The notes: generated from the sequence alone by a model not told the origin. Counted from the first letter of the stretch, positions 1 through 7,674 are shown. The stretch is DNA of 32,000 nt from Candidatus Saccharimonadota bacterium (GCA_049511795.1 JBEKXS010000002.1:1-32000); one strand, 5' to 3'. Numbers and translations are program-made.

Positions 1-1477
1 CTGTTCCATTGAAGTTGTTATTTGTGAATTGATACCATGCAACACTTCCATTAGCTAATTGAGCCCAGTTAGCATATGTTCCGTTGTTTAATGTCGTCAA
101 TTGTGCAAACGTATTGTTTGTTGTAAGATAATAAGGAATTGTAAGATTTAAATTATTATAAGAAAAAACATCTGTTGTTGCATTGATTTGTCCTGTAAGT
201 AAAGTTCCAAGGGTTGATCCAGCATTTGTTACTTCCACAATTCCTGCAGATTGTCTTGTAATTCCTGTATCGCTCCCTGTTGTATCTGGGCTTGTTCCAG
301 ATGTCCATGTCAACTGAGTTCCGCTTCCTAACTGAAATCCTTGTCCTGAATCTCCCCTATAACGGATTGCTGAAGAACCTAGATTACCCACATATAAATT
401 ACCTGTTTGGAAATTTCCTGGATTTGAACCATCGGCATATTGAACAAGTAATCCTGGACCTCCACCAATAGTTGCCTGTTTAATCCCAACATAAGAAGAA
501 TTAAATCCTCCAAAAACAAGTTCACCAGCACTATTTATAACAATATTTTGATTGACACTCAAGTTGCCTGCAATACTTGCATTTCTTGCAACCCACAAAT
601 CTCTATACCTTAAGTTAGAATTTCCCAAGTCAAACTGGTTGTCAAAATAAGGGATTATAGAGCCATTGATGTTCAGATTTGTTACATTCAAGGCAGTTAT
701 ATTAACAAAATAACCTGTTTGGGCAAATATGTTCCCTCCATTTATAGAAAGCCCCCCATTGGTAAATCCCCCATTAAAGTTAAAGCCTCCATAAACGCTA
801 TTGTTTAAAGGCATGAAAAAGCTTGCAGGATAGCCTCCCAAAGTTGTTGCGGTTATGCCTGTCAACTGACTTCCATTGCCATAATACAAGCCAGAAATGT
901 TAATAGAATTTGCACTGATATTATAACTACCCAATGTTAAGTTTGTGTTCACATTAACTTCACTAAGGTTTACCTGGGTTGCCCTGAAAGAATAAGGCAC
1001 TCTTCCAAGCTGATCAACAGCCTGCAAAACTCCATCTCTGTAATAACAAAGGTAATATTGGGTATCATAATTTAAGGCGCTTAAGTTTCCGCCGCCTGTT
1101 CCTATCTGTGGCAAATAAATTGAAACAATTCCCCTTGAATCAGTTGTAAGTTGAGCTGAATAATTATAAAGAATGTTGGGACTACAAGTTGCACTTGAAC
1201 TATCTGTAATGTTGAATGCGAAATTAAAAGTTCCTGCCTGTATTGTCCCATTTGAATAAGTAGTTTGAAGGTTTATGTGAAAGGTATCATTTATTGGAGC
1301 TGCTGAAACATTGCCCATTAAAAAAATAAATGAAAATAAAAATAGTAAACTGAATAAAAAATTTCTTAATTTTGATGTTTTTTTGTTGTTTTTTTTGCTT
1401 GTTTTTTTATTTTTTGGGTACTTTTTGAATTCAATCTTCTTGTTACTAAATGAGATATACCATACAGTACCTGACAT
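1..1477 (-). CDS. Secreted fibre / beta-helix-like surface protein, N-terminal part; the gene runs off the left edge of the window
   Basis: Absent from the ORF track because no stop lies in the window. My translation from the ATG (plus-strand cat 1475-1477) gives MSGTVWYISFSNKKIEFKKYPKNKKTSKKNNKKTSKLRNFLFSLLFLFSFIFLMGNVSAAPIND... This is a Lys-rich n-region, a hydrophobic core and a VSA/AP-type cleavage site. N/G/T/S-rich sequence with many N-x-S/T sequons follows (..GNGSQLTGI.., ..LGNSNLRYRDLWV..). I checked the frame codon by codon at 961-1020 and 2-58 (..LANGSVAWYQFTNNNFNGT). The track lists no complete minus-strand ORF here, so the frame must stay open to the edge. Confidence 0.65.
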   Translation of the reverse strand, partial: MSGTVWYISFSNKKIEFKKYPKNKKTSKKNNKKTSKLRNFLFSLLFLFSFIFLMGNVSAAPINDTFHINLQTTYSNGTIQAGTFNFAFNITDSSSATCSPNILYNYSAQLTTDSRGIVSIYLPQIGTGGGNLSALNYDTQYYLCYYRDGVLQAVDQLGRVPYSFRATQVNLSEVNVNTNLTLGSYNISANSINISGLYYGNGSQLTGITATTLGGYPASFFMPLNNSVYGGFNFNGGFTNGGLSINGGNIFAQTGYFVNITALNVTNLNINGSIIPYFDNQFDLGNSNLRYRDLWVARNASIAGNLSVNQNIVINSAGELVFGGFNSSYVGIKQATIGGGPGLLVQYADGSNPGNFQTGNLYVGNLGSSAIRYRGDSGQGFQLGSGTQLTWTSGTSPDTTGSDTGITRQSAGIVEVTNAGSTLGTLLTGQINATTDVFSYNNLNLTIPYYLTTNNTFAQLTTLNNGTYANWAQLANGSVAWYQFTNNNFNGT

Positions 1478-1498
1478 ATGAAAAAAACACAAATTTTA

Positions 1499-1506
1499 AT
1501 CATAAA
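1499..1506 (-). promoter_or_regulatory. TATA-like box (TTTATGAT on the minus strand) 29 nt upstream of the ATG at 1477
   Basis: Same 29-nt box-to-ATG spacing as seen at about 20 other genes in this window. Confidence 0.4.
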
Positions 1507-1517
1507 CATTAGGAGCT

Positions 1518-1533
1518 GTTTAGGGCCCTAAAC
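1518..1533. promoter_or_regulatory. Perfect 16-bp palindrome GTTTAGGGCCCTAAAC in a divergent promoter region
   Basis: Read directly. The sequence is self-complementary with no spacer and forms a GC-rich core in AT-rich intergenic DNA. It lies just upstream of the TATA box of the fibre-like gene. It is a candidate dimeric transcription-factor site. Confidence 0.3.
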
Positions 1534-1580
1534 ATGGGGTTTTCAGTACTTTCGCAATTTTTAGATTTACCTTACATTTT

Positions 1581-1650
1581 CCTATTGTAAGTAAAAAAGA
1601 AAAAACATTTTATCGTCGGTAAAAATTGGTTTCCCTACGTGTAAGTAAAA
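1581..1650 (+). promoter_or_regulatory. Two direct copies of CCTA(N1-2)TGTAAGTAAAA; candidate operator for the adjacent RHH regulator
   Basis: The exact 11-mer TGTAAGTAAAA occurs at 1586-1596 and 1640-1650, 54 bp apart. Copy 1 is also half of an inverted repeat, CTTACA (1571-1576) N9 TGTAAG (1586-1591). Copy 2 abuts the TATA box at 1651-1658. Confidence 0.3.
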
Positions 1651-1658
1651 TTTATAAA
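1651..1658 (+). promoter_or_regulatory. TTTATAAA box upstream of the RHH gene
   Basis: Consensus box 44 nt upstream of the ATG at 1695. Unlike most genes here, this implies a short 5' UTR. The UTR contains a GAGG Shine-Dalgarno-like motif just before the ATG. Confidence 0.35.
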
Positions 1659-1694
1659 AGCGAAAAACCTTAGGATTTTAGAAAAAAGAGGAAA

Positions 1695-1889
1695 ATGAAG
1701 CAACCAGTTAAGATTTATCTAGACCCTGAAACACAAAAAAGGCTATTAAAGAAAGCAAATGAAACAGGATTTAATGGCCGTGGCTCGCTTACAAAGTTTA
1801 TGGAGAAAATTGCATCAGAAGATATATGTTTTTTGGATGAAAACTTAAGAAAAATGATGAGGACTTTGTTCCCTGCAAAGCAGAATTAA
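1695..1889 (+). CDS. Ribbon-helix-helix (CopG/Arc/MetJ-like) DNA-binding protein
   Basis: 64 aa. The N-terminus VKIYLDPETQKRLLKKANETG...GSLTKFMEKIA fits a beta-strand / helix / helix RHH pattern. Repeats and a palindrome lie upstream. Confidence 0.55.
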   Translation: MKQPVKIYLDPETQKRLLKKANETGFNGRGSLTKFMEKIASEDICFLDENLRKMMRTLFPAKQN

Positions 1890-1947
1890 AATAATTCTTT
1901 AAGATAATTTTAAATATGCAAAAAAGCTTTCAAAAGCATAAACAAGT

Positions 1948-2068
1948 GAGCCTGTAGCTCAGCCTGGTTAGAGCACTGCTCTTATATGAGCGTAATCCTT
2001 CAGGATTATATTTCACTGGATTCGTCTAAGTGAGGCAGGGGTCCACAGTTCAAATCTGTGCAGGCTCA
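1948..2068 (+). tRNA. tRNA-Ile (anticodon UAU) with a 46-nt intron at the canonical 37/38 position (intron 1987-2032)
   Basis: Hand-folded.
- Acceptor stem: GAGCCTG / CAGGCTC.
- D arm: GCTC-AGCCTGGTTA-GAGC.
- Anticodon stem: CTGCT / GGCAG.
- Anticodon loop: C-T-TAT-A|intron|A, with U33 and purine-37 satisfied.
- T arm: CACAG-TTCAAAT-CTGTG.
- Discriminator: A.

A 4-bp helix, CTTA (1981-1984) with TAAG (2027-2030), is flanked by the 3-nt bulges TAT and TGA. That is a bulge-helix-bulge geometry with symmetric splice sites. The mature length is 75 nt and no CCA is encoded. Confidence 0.7.
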
Positions 2069-2148
2069 TTCCAATTTCTCCAGAATATTGATTATATTCC
2101 ACAGCAAGAAAGCTTAAAATGTGGAAATTGCTATAGATTGCATTAAAG

Positions 2149-2625
2149 ATGGCTGAAAAAAATAGGGCATTTATTTTTTGGACAATTGTAATAGCTCTCG
2201 TAGTTGTTTTCGGTTTATTGTATTCTTTGGGGATTTTCCCTGGCTCAACACAGGGTTATGCAATAAAGAATTATATTGGACAGAATTTTACAGGAGAAGT
2301 TACATCTGCATATTTTGAGACCTTTCCTGCGGGCACAAACGTGACTTTGGACATGAAAGGTACAATAAAAAACATGTTCTACAATAGCGAAGAAGTGTTT
2401 CTGGCTGGAAACTTAAATGTCAGCAGCAATGTAACTTTATCTGTCAAGGTCTTTAACTCAACAGGGTCAGACATGGGAAATCCATGGTATGGCAATCCAG
2501 TAACTCTTCAGGCAGGGAATTTTGTTTATGGCCCAATAACCTTACCCAAAACTCCTGGGAATTATGTAATGAAATTGTACATCAACGGCTTTGAGGAAAA
2601 AGACCTAGCTTTCTACGCATTTTGA
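2149..2625 (+). CDS. Hypothetical membrane-anchored extracellular protein
   Basis: 158 aa. One N-terminal TM or signal-anchor segment (FIFWTIVIALVVVFGLLY). The rest is beta-rich sequence with N-x-S/T sequons. Confidence 0.6.
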   Translation: MAEKNRAFIFWTIVIALVVVFGLLYSLGIFPGSTQGYAIKNYIGQNFTGEVTSAYFETFPAGTNVTLDMKGTIKNMFYNSEEVFLAGNLNVSSNVTLSVKVFNSTGSDMGNPWYGNPVTLQAGNFVYGPITLPKTPGNYVMKLYINGFEEKDLAFYAF

Positions 2626-2693
2626 ATCAGATAAATTTAGCATTTTTAAGTTATCTTTAAAAACTATCTTAATTATTTTCTATAAGTAATACT

Positions 2694-2766
2694 GCCCCGA
2701 TAGTTCAGAGGCCAAGAATACTGCCCTTTCACGGCGGCGACCCGGGTTCGAATCCCGGTCGGGGCG
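2694..2766 (+). tRNA. tRNA-Glu (anticodon UUC)
   Basis: Hand-folded cloverleaf of 73 nt.
- Acceptor stem: GCCCCGA / TCGGGGC.
- Anticodon arm: CTGCC-CTTTCAC-GGCGG.
- T arm: CCGGG-TTCGAAT-CCCGG. Confidence 0.9.
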
Positions 2767-2809
2767 TTACTTTCATAATCTTATTAAGCCACTCTTTCTT
2801 CTTGTTTTT

Positions 2810-3124
2810 ATGAAAACAACAATAAGATATGCAATAATTGATGCTTTGGGAGCATCTTTGTACATTGTTCTTGTTGCCTCTTTTATCTATTTTTTAGGCC
2901 GTAGTTTTCCAGGTTCAAACAGCACAATCCTAATTCCAATTGCAATGCTCATGCTTTTTGTTTTTTCAGCAGCCCTGACAGGAATACTTGTTCTTGGCAG
3001 GCCAATTGCCTTTTACCTGGATGGCAAGAAAAGAGAAGCCTGGTTAACATTGTTTTACACTTTAGGATTTATCCTGGTTATAACCATAATTGTCTTTCTC
3101 ATCCTTTTTGCAGTAATCCCTTAA
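2810..3124 (+). CDS. Small integral membrane protein (3 predicted TM segments)
   Basis: 104 aa, strongly hydrophobic. A TATA-like TTATTAAG box lies at 2781-2788, 29 nt upstream. The 3' end overlaps the convergent Elp3 gene by 26 nt. Confidence 0.6.
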   Translation: MKTTIRYAIIDALGASLYIVLVASFIYFLGRSFPGSNSTILIPIAMLMLFVFSAALTGILVLGRPIAFYLDGKKREAWLTLFYTLGFILVITIIVFLILFAVIP

Positions 3125-4484
3125 CCATATAAGGCTCATCAAGTTTATACCCTAAGTGTTTGTAATATTCCCTGACACCTATACCTGAAATGACATAGAT
3201 TTTGTTGTATTTGTTGGTTTTGGCAATTTTCTCAGCTTCTTCCATAAGCCATTTTCCCAAACCTCTGTGCTGGGAAATCTTTCCTTTTTCTCCAAGTTCC
3301 AAAGCCTGGCCGTAAACATGCAACTCGCGAATCATTGCCTTTTCGTCTTTTCCTTTTGTTAGCCTTAATCTTAGCAAGCCAAAAAGGATATTATCTTTGT
3401 TAACAACTTCCAGGAAAAACTCCTTTCCTTCAGAAGCATTATATTCCAAAGTCCTAAGTTTCAATTCCTGATTAAGACCTTCTGGATTAAATCCAACTTC
3501 CCTCATTCTTATTTCACCTATTTTTTGGCCAGTAACTCTTAATTCTTCCTCAACATCTTTCCTTAAATCGAGTTTTGTTAAGCCTTCAACCATTTTTTCT
3601 TTTGGAAACTCTCGAATCATTCTCATAACTCTGCAGTATTCTGGAATGATTGTCATCATTTTAGTGAGAATTTCTTTTGTTTGCTTTTCTGTATATGGCT
3701 TGTAATTAATTAATTTGTATATTTTAGCAAGTGGAGAATCTTGAACAACTTGGCATGGATAAATTTTCAGTTGGTCTGGCCTAAATGAAGAATCAGAAAA
3801 TATTTTCTTGAAAAGTGTAATGTCTTTTTTTGGATTGCTTCCTGGAAGTCCGGGCATTATATGATATCCTAATTTGAATCCAGCGTTTTTCAGGTTTCTT
3901 GTTGCATTTATTACATCCTGAACACTATGCCCTCTGTTTGTTTTCCTGTAAAGTTCATCATCAGGCATCTGAACTCCTATTTCAACTCTTGTTGCACCAA
4001 ATTCAAGCATTCTCTTTATCTCTTCAGGAGAACAGTTGTCAGGCCTGTTTTCAATGCACATTGCAACACACCTGTGCTCTGCTTTTTCATTTATTTTCTT
4101 TGCCTCATCCAAATTCTTTGCATCTTTTCCATTCATGGCATCAAAGCACCTTTTGACAAACCAGTATTGATAATCAATGTCATATTGCAAAAAAGTTCCT
4201 CCCAAGACAATAAGCTCAATCTTGTCAGTTGGATGCCCCATTGCATGAAGAACATTAAGCCTGTTTTTCACCTGTTCATAAGGGTCAAAGCCCAAAGCCA
4301 AAGCCCTCATGACTGCAGGACTTTTGTCAGTATAACTTTGAGGAACATATTCTCCGCCAGGACAATAAATGCATGTTCCGTGATTACATTTTCTTGGTTT
4401 CAGCACAACTGTCAAAGGAGTCACTCCTGAAATTGTCCTTACAGGCTTCTTAACATGTTGTACAACTTGGTTCTGTTTTTGCAT
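3099..4484 (-). CDS. elp3: Elp3-type radical SAM / GNAT tRNA uridine(34) carboxymethyl-modification enzyme
   Basis: Radical-SAM cluster motif KCNHGTCIYCPGG near the N-terminus. C-terminal GNAT acetyltransferase domain (..HRGLGKWLMEEAEKIA..). The track ORF starts at a GTG at 4586, which would overlap the divergent gene. I prefer the ATG at 4484 (MQKQNQVV.., 461 aa), which sits 29 nt from a TATA-like box. Confidence 0.85.
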   Translation of the reverse strand: MQKQNQVVQHVKKPVRTISGVTPLTVVLKPRKCNHGTCIYCPGGEYVPQSYTDKSPAVMRALALGFDPYEQVKNRLNVLHAMGHPTDKIELIVLGGTFLQYDIDYQYWFVKRCFDAMNGKDAKNLDEAKKINEKAEHRCVAMCIENRPDNCSPEEIKRMLEFGATRVEIGVQMPDDELYRKTNRGHSVQDVINATRNLKNAGFKLGYHIMPGLPGSNPKKDITLFKKIFSDSSFRPDQLKIYPCQVVQDSPLAKIYKLINYKPYTEKQTKEILTKMMTIIPEYCRVMRMIREFPKEKMVEGLTKLDLRKDVEEELRVTGQKIGEIRMREVGFNPEGLNQELKLRTLEYNASEGKEFFLEVVNKDNILFGLLRLRLTKGKDEKAMIRELHVYGQALELGEKGKISQHRGLGKWLMEEAEKIAKTNKYNKIYVISGIGVREYYKHLGYKLDEPYMVKGLLQKG

Positions 4485-4505
4485 CAAGGAATTAAATTGG
4501 AAAGC

Positions 4506-4513
4506 TATTAAAA
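4506..4513. promoter_or_regulatory. Shared TATA-like box (TATTAAAA) midway between the divergent Elp3 and Trm9-like genes
   Basis: 4535-4506 = 29 and 4513-4484 = 29. A single AT box sits at the window-typical distance from both start codons. Confidence 0.4.
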
Positions 4514-4534
4514 TGTTATTGCTGATAAAAATAG

Positions 4535-5194
4535 ATGAAAGAGAAAGAAATTTCTCAGGAAGAAGTTTGGGATAATATTGCAACACCTTGGAAAGAATTC
4601 AGGGCAAAACCGATTCCAGAAGTTCAGGATTTTCTGAAGAGCAAGAAAGGAAAGATTCTTGATTTATGCTGCGGCTCTGGCAGAAACTTCACAAATATTA
4701 ATGGAACAATATATGGAGTTGATTTTTCAGAAAAAATGCTGAAACATGCAAAGGAATTCGCAGAAAATGAAAAAATAAATGTGGTTTTAAAAAAATCTGG
4801 GGCAGATAAGCTTCCTTTTGAAGATAATTTTTTTGATTCTGCAATTTACATTGCAGCTCTTCATTGCATAGAATCAGAAATTGCAAGAAAAAATTCAATA
4901 AAAGAGCTTTATCGTGTCTTAAAAAAAGGTGCAGAAGTTTTGATAACTGTGTGGGACAAAAACCAGAAGAAATTTGAAGATGTTCCGAAGCAAAATTTCA
5001 TATCCTGGACAGTAAAGGGAAAGGGCGAGTTCAGAAGATATTACTATCTATATGAAAAAAATGAATTTGTTGATTTATTAAAGAATGCTGGCTTCAGCAT
5101 TGTAAAAATTTATGAAAAAGGTAATGAAAATATTAATTATTCAACAAGAAAAGCATATTCTGAAAAAAATATTATTGCAATAGTTAAGAAATAG
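4535..5194 (+). CDS. trm9: Class I SAM-dependent methyltransferase, Trm9/ALKBH8-methyltransferase-like (tRNA mcm5U34 type)
   Basis: Motif I is ILDLCCGSGRN. Segments recalled as characteristic of yeast Trm9 are present:
- VWDNIATPWKEFRAKPIPEVQDFLK
- FDSAIYIAALHCI
- LITVWDKNQ
- QNFISW
- RRYYYLYEKNEFVDLLKNAG. Confidence 0.7.
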   Translation: MKEKEISQEEVWDNIATPWKEFRAKPIPEVQDFLKSKKGKILDLCCGSGRNFTNINGTIYGVDFSEKMLKHAKEFAENEKINVVLKKSGADKLPFEDNFFDSAIYIAALHCIESEIARKNSIKELYRVLKKGAEVLITVWDKNQKKFEDVPKQNFISWTVKGKGEFRRYYYLYEKNEFVDLLKNAGFSIVKIYEKGNENINYSTRKAYSEKNIIAIVKK

Positions 5195-5202
5195 TCTAGC
5201 AA

Positions 5203-5928
5203 TTACTTCTTCTTGGCTTTTTTGTCTGATTTTTCCGCCTTTTCCACTTCCTTCTTCTGCGCTTCTATCATTTTCTTGAATTCTTCTTCGCTAACTATTT
5301 TTATTGACGGCTTTTTTCCAGCTGGCTGTTGTGCTACCTGTGGTTGTTCTGGCTGAACTTGAACTCCGCCAGCTCCTGTAGCGCCTGGAAGACCCTGGCC
5401 TGCACCAGCACCTAAACCTTGTCCTGTGAATTTTATCATATCAAAAAGAGATTTCTTGTCCATGAACAAAACAGTGTTTGTCTCATCATCAACATGAGCC
5501 TGAAGCAAACCAAGGCCTTGCAAAAATCCTGTGCAGTTCCAGACAGGCTTGTCATCCATTGTTGTGAGGAAAGCAAGAACCTTCTCAATTGTGTAAGTCA
5601 TTTCCCTGTTATGCATTTCATCCTGAAGAGTTGATTTTATTTCATCAATATCTATTTTAGTGATTTCTTTCAGCTCTTTTGGAATGAATTTTTTGTTTCC
5701 AAGTGTCTGAGCTTTTTTATCAAGCATTTTTTCAATCTTGCCTTCTGCCTTGAAGCTTATTATTTTCTTTTTCTTTGGAGAATAAAAATCAACCTGCGTC
5801 TCATTTTTTCCTTCTGTAAAATCCCTTACAAAGAAGACAGAACAAAGATATGATTTTGGGTCAGATTTTATGAAATCCTTGAACTCTTTTGATTCCTTAA
5901 CTTTTTTTATGTAATGTTGCGCTTTCAT
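5203..5928 (-). CDS. Hypothetical protein with a low-complexity G/A/Q-rich segment and a Lys-rich tail
   Basis: 241 aa. Its start overlaps the thrS stop in an ATGA overlap (5925-5928). The C-terminus reads GQGLGAGAGQGLPGATGAGGVQVQPEQPQVAQQPAGKK...KSDKKAKKK. I recognise no family. Confidence 0.6.
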   Translation of the reverse strand: MKAQHYIKKVKESKEFKDFIKSDPKSYLCSVFFVRDFTEGKNETQVDFYSPKKKKIISFKAEGKIEKMLDKKAQTLGNKKFIPKELKEITKIDIDEIKSTLQDEMHNREMTYTIEKVLAFLTTMDDKPVWNCTGFLQGLGLLQAHVDDETNTVLFMDKKSLFDMIKFTGQGLGAGAGQGLPGATGAGGVQVQPEQPQVAQQPAGKKPSIKIVSEEEFKKMIEAQKKEVEKAEKSDKKAKKK

Positions 5929-7643
5929 TTTCTTTCTTTTATTTCTTCTCTTAACTCCTTAATAAATTCATCTGTTTTCATTGACTTTATTTTGCTGTTT
6001 CCTTTTTCTCTTACAGCGACAGTTCCATCTTTCTCTTCCTTGTCGCCCACAACAATTATGTAAGGTACTCTCATTATTTCTGCCTGTTTGACTTTGGATT
6101 GTATTGTCGTGCTTTCAAAATCTGCATCTAACCTGATATCTGGCATATTTTCAGCAATTTTTTTTATAACTTTTCTTGAGTGTTCGATATTTCTATCTGT
6201 AAAACTTAAAACTCTAACTTGAACTGGTGCAAGCCATGTTGGAAGTCTCCCATTAGTGTGTTCTAAAAGAATTGCTATAAATCTCTCCAGACTTCCATAA
6301 ATAACTCTATGAATAACTATAGGAGTTTTTTCTTTTCCGTCTTTATCTTTATATTTAAGGCCGAATCTTAATGGCATTTGCATATCAAGCTGGATTGTTC
6401 CCATCTGCCATTCTCTTCCCATAGAATCTATCATAAGGATGTCTATTTTTGGTCCATAAAATGCGCCATCACCTTCAAGAACAGTAAATTTCTTGCCGGA
6501 TTTTTTCAAGATTTCTTTGAGCTCTTTTTCAGCCTTATCCCAAATTTTTTTATCACCCATGAATTTTTCAGGTTGGGTTCCAAGTCTAAATGAATATTTC
6601 ATGCCGAAAATTCCATAAAATTTATCGCAGATTTTTATTATCTGTTCATATTCAGATTTAATCTGGTCTTCTGTTACAAAATTATGAGAATCATCCTGCT
6701 GGAAAGATCTTACTCTAAGTAATCCGCTCAGTGTTCCTGAAAGTTCATAACGGTGAAGTCTGTCTGTATCAGAAATTCTTAAAGGCAATTCCTTGTAACT
6801 TCTTGGCCTTGAACCAAAAATCACCATGGCATTTGGGCAATTCATGGCTTTTAAGCCATACTCTCCTTCTTCTGTTTCAGAAATGAACATGTGCTCTTTA
6901 TAATGCGACCAATGTCCTGAAATCTTGTAAAGTGCGCTCTTATTTACTAAAGGTGTTATTGTCTCCTGATAGCCAAGTTTTTTATGTTCTTCTCTCCAGA
7001 ATTTAATCAGTTCATTATAAATTATTGTTCCATTCGGCAACCAGTAAATCATCCCTGGAGAAGATTGATTCAACATGAATAAATCCATTTCTTGTCCGAT
7101 AATCCTGTGGTCATTATCTTTAAGTTTTAATGTATCAATTCGCGAATTTCTTATTTCATGAAGAAAATCTTTAGGGTCATATTCTTCTGCAGCAATTTTT
7201 GTTTTTGCGTCCTTAGCCATTTCTGGCTCCATTATAATTTCCCTACTTAATTCAGAAAGTGGATGGCCTTTAACTTTCAACTCAAATTCCTTGTAGTATC
7301 CAAAAGGAGCACGCACAACTTTGAATTTTTTCTTCAGTTCTTTTTCAGCTTCTTTCAATATTTCTTCAGCCATTTCCGGTGAACCAAGATTTCTTGAAAG
7401 ATGAGCATAAGGATAAAGAACAATTGTCTTTGCCTTGACTTGCCCTGCAATATCTTCAACATTTTCAATAAGTTTTTTTACGCTTTTTACAGTATCTCCT
7501 TTTTCAACAGAAGTCAAAACAACAAGGCTTTCCCCAACTTTTTGCTGTTGTTTTTCTTTTTCTCCAAGCTCCTTTATGTCTCTTAGTGCTTTTTTCAGTG
7601 GCTTAAAGTTTATGTAATCAACATGCAATGCAAGTATCTTCAT
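5925..7643 (-). CDS. thrS: Threonyl-tRNA synthetase, archaeal type with N-terminal editing domain
   Basis: 572 aa. The N-terminus MKILALHVDYINFKPLKKAL is typical of the archaeal ThrRS editing domain. Class II motif 2 is HRYELSGTLSGLLRVRSFQQDDSH. A C-terminal anticodon-binding domain is present. Confidence 0.92.
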   Translation of the reverse strand: MKILALHVDYINFKPLKKALRDIKELGEKEKQQQKVGESLVVLTSVEKGDTVKSVKKLIENVEDIAGQVKAKTIVLYPYAHLSRNLGSPEMAEEILKEAEKELKKKFKVVRAPFGYYKEFELKVKGHPLSELSREIIMEPEMAKDAKTKIAAEEYDPKDFLHEIRNSRIDTLKLKDNDHRIIGQEMDLFMLNQSSPGMIYWLPNGTIIYNELIKFWREEHKKLGYQETITPLVNKSALYKISGHWSHYKEHMFISETEEGEYGLKAMNCPNAMVIFGSRPRSYKELPLRISDTDRLHRYELSGTLSGLLRVRSFQQDDSHNFVTEDQIKSEYEQIIKICDKFYGIFGMKYSFRLGTQPEKFMGDKKIWDKAEKELKEILKKSGKKFTVLEGDGAFYGPKIDILMIDSMGREWQMGTIQLDMQMPLRFGLKYKDKDGKEKTPIVIHRVIYGSLERFIAILLEHTNGRLPTWLAPVQVRVLSFTDRNIEHSRKVIKKIAENMPDIRLDADFESTTIQSKVKQAEIMRVPYIIVVGDKEEKDGTVAVREKGNSKIKSMKTDEFIKELREEIKERK

Positions 7644-7674
7644 AATTTATATAGAAAATAGAAGTTTAAAAAAT

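Noticed and set aside
280-471. 63-aa plus-strand ORF from the track
   Set aside because: It lies antisense inside the long open minus-strand frame (1..1477), which has a signal peptide and coherent repeat composition. Its own sequence is unremarkable, with no promoter box at the typical distance.
2097-2126. 7-bp inverted repeat TTCCACA-N16-TGTGGAA between tRNA-Ile and the next gene
   Set aside because: It is short with a long loop and could arise by chance in AT-rich DNA. It may be a tRNA terminator or regulatory hairpin, but nothing else supports that.
1948-3124. tRNA-flanked islet (tRNA-Ile, small membrane protein, tRNA-Glu, small membrane protein) as a possible integrated element
   Set aside because: I found no integrase, no duplicated tRNA 3' half or att-like direct repeat, and no obvious compositional break.
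3899-4430. Two plus-strand ORFs (85 and 167 aa) inside the Elp3 region
   Set aside because: They are antisense to a confidently identified conserved gene. Their Cys/His/Phe/Leu-rich composition is typical of reverse-frame artefacts.
4485-4586. N-terminal 34-codon extension of Elp3 (track start at 4586)
   Set aside because: The start codon there is GTG. The extension would overlap the divergent methyltransferase gene by 52 nt and would swallow the shared TATA box. The ATG at 4484 gives a normal Elp3 N-terminus.
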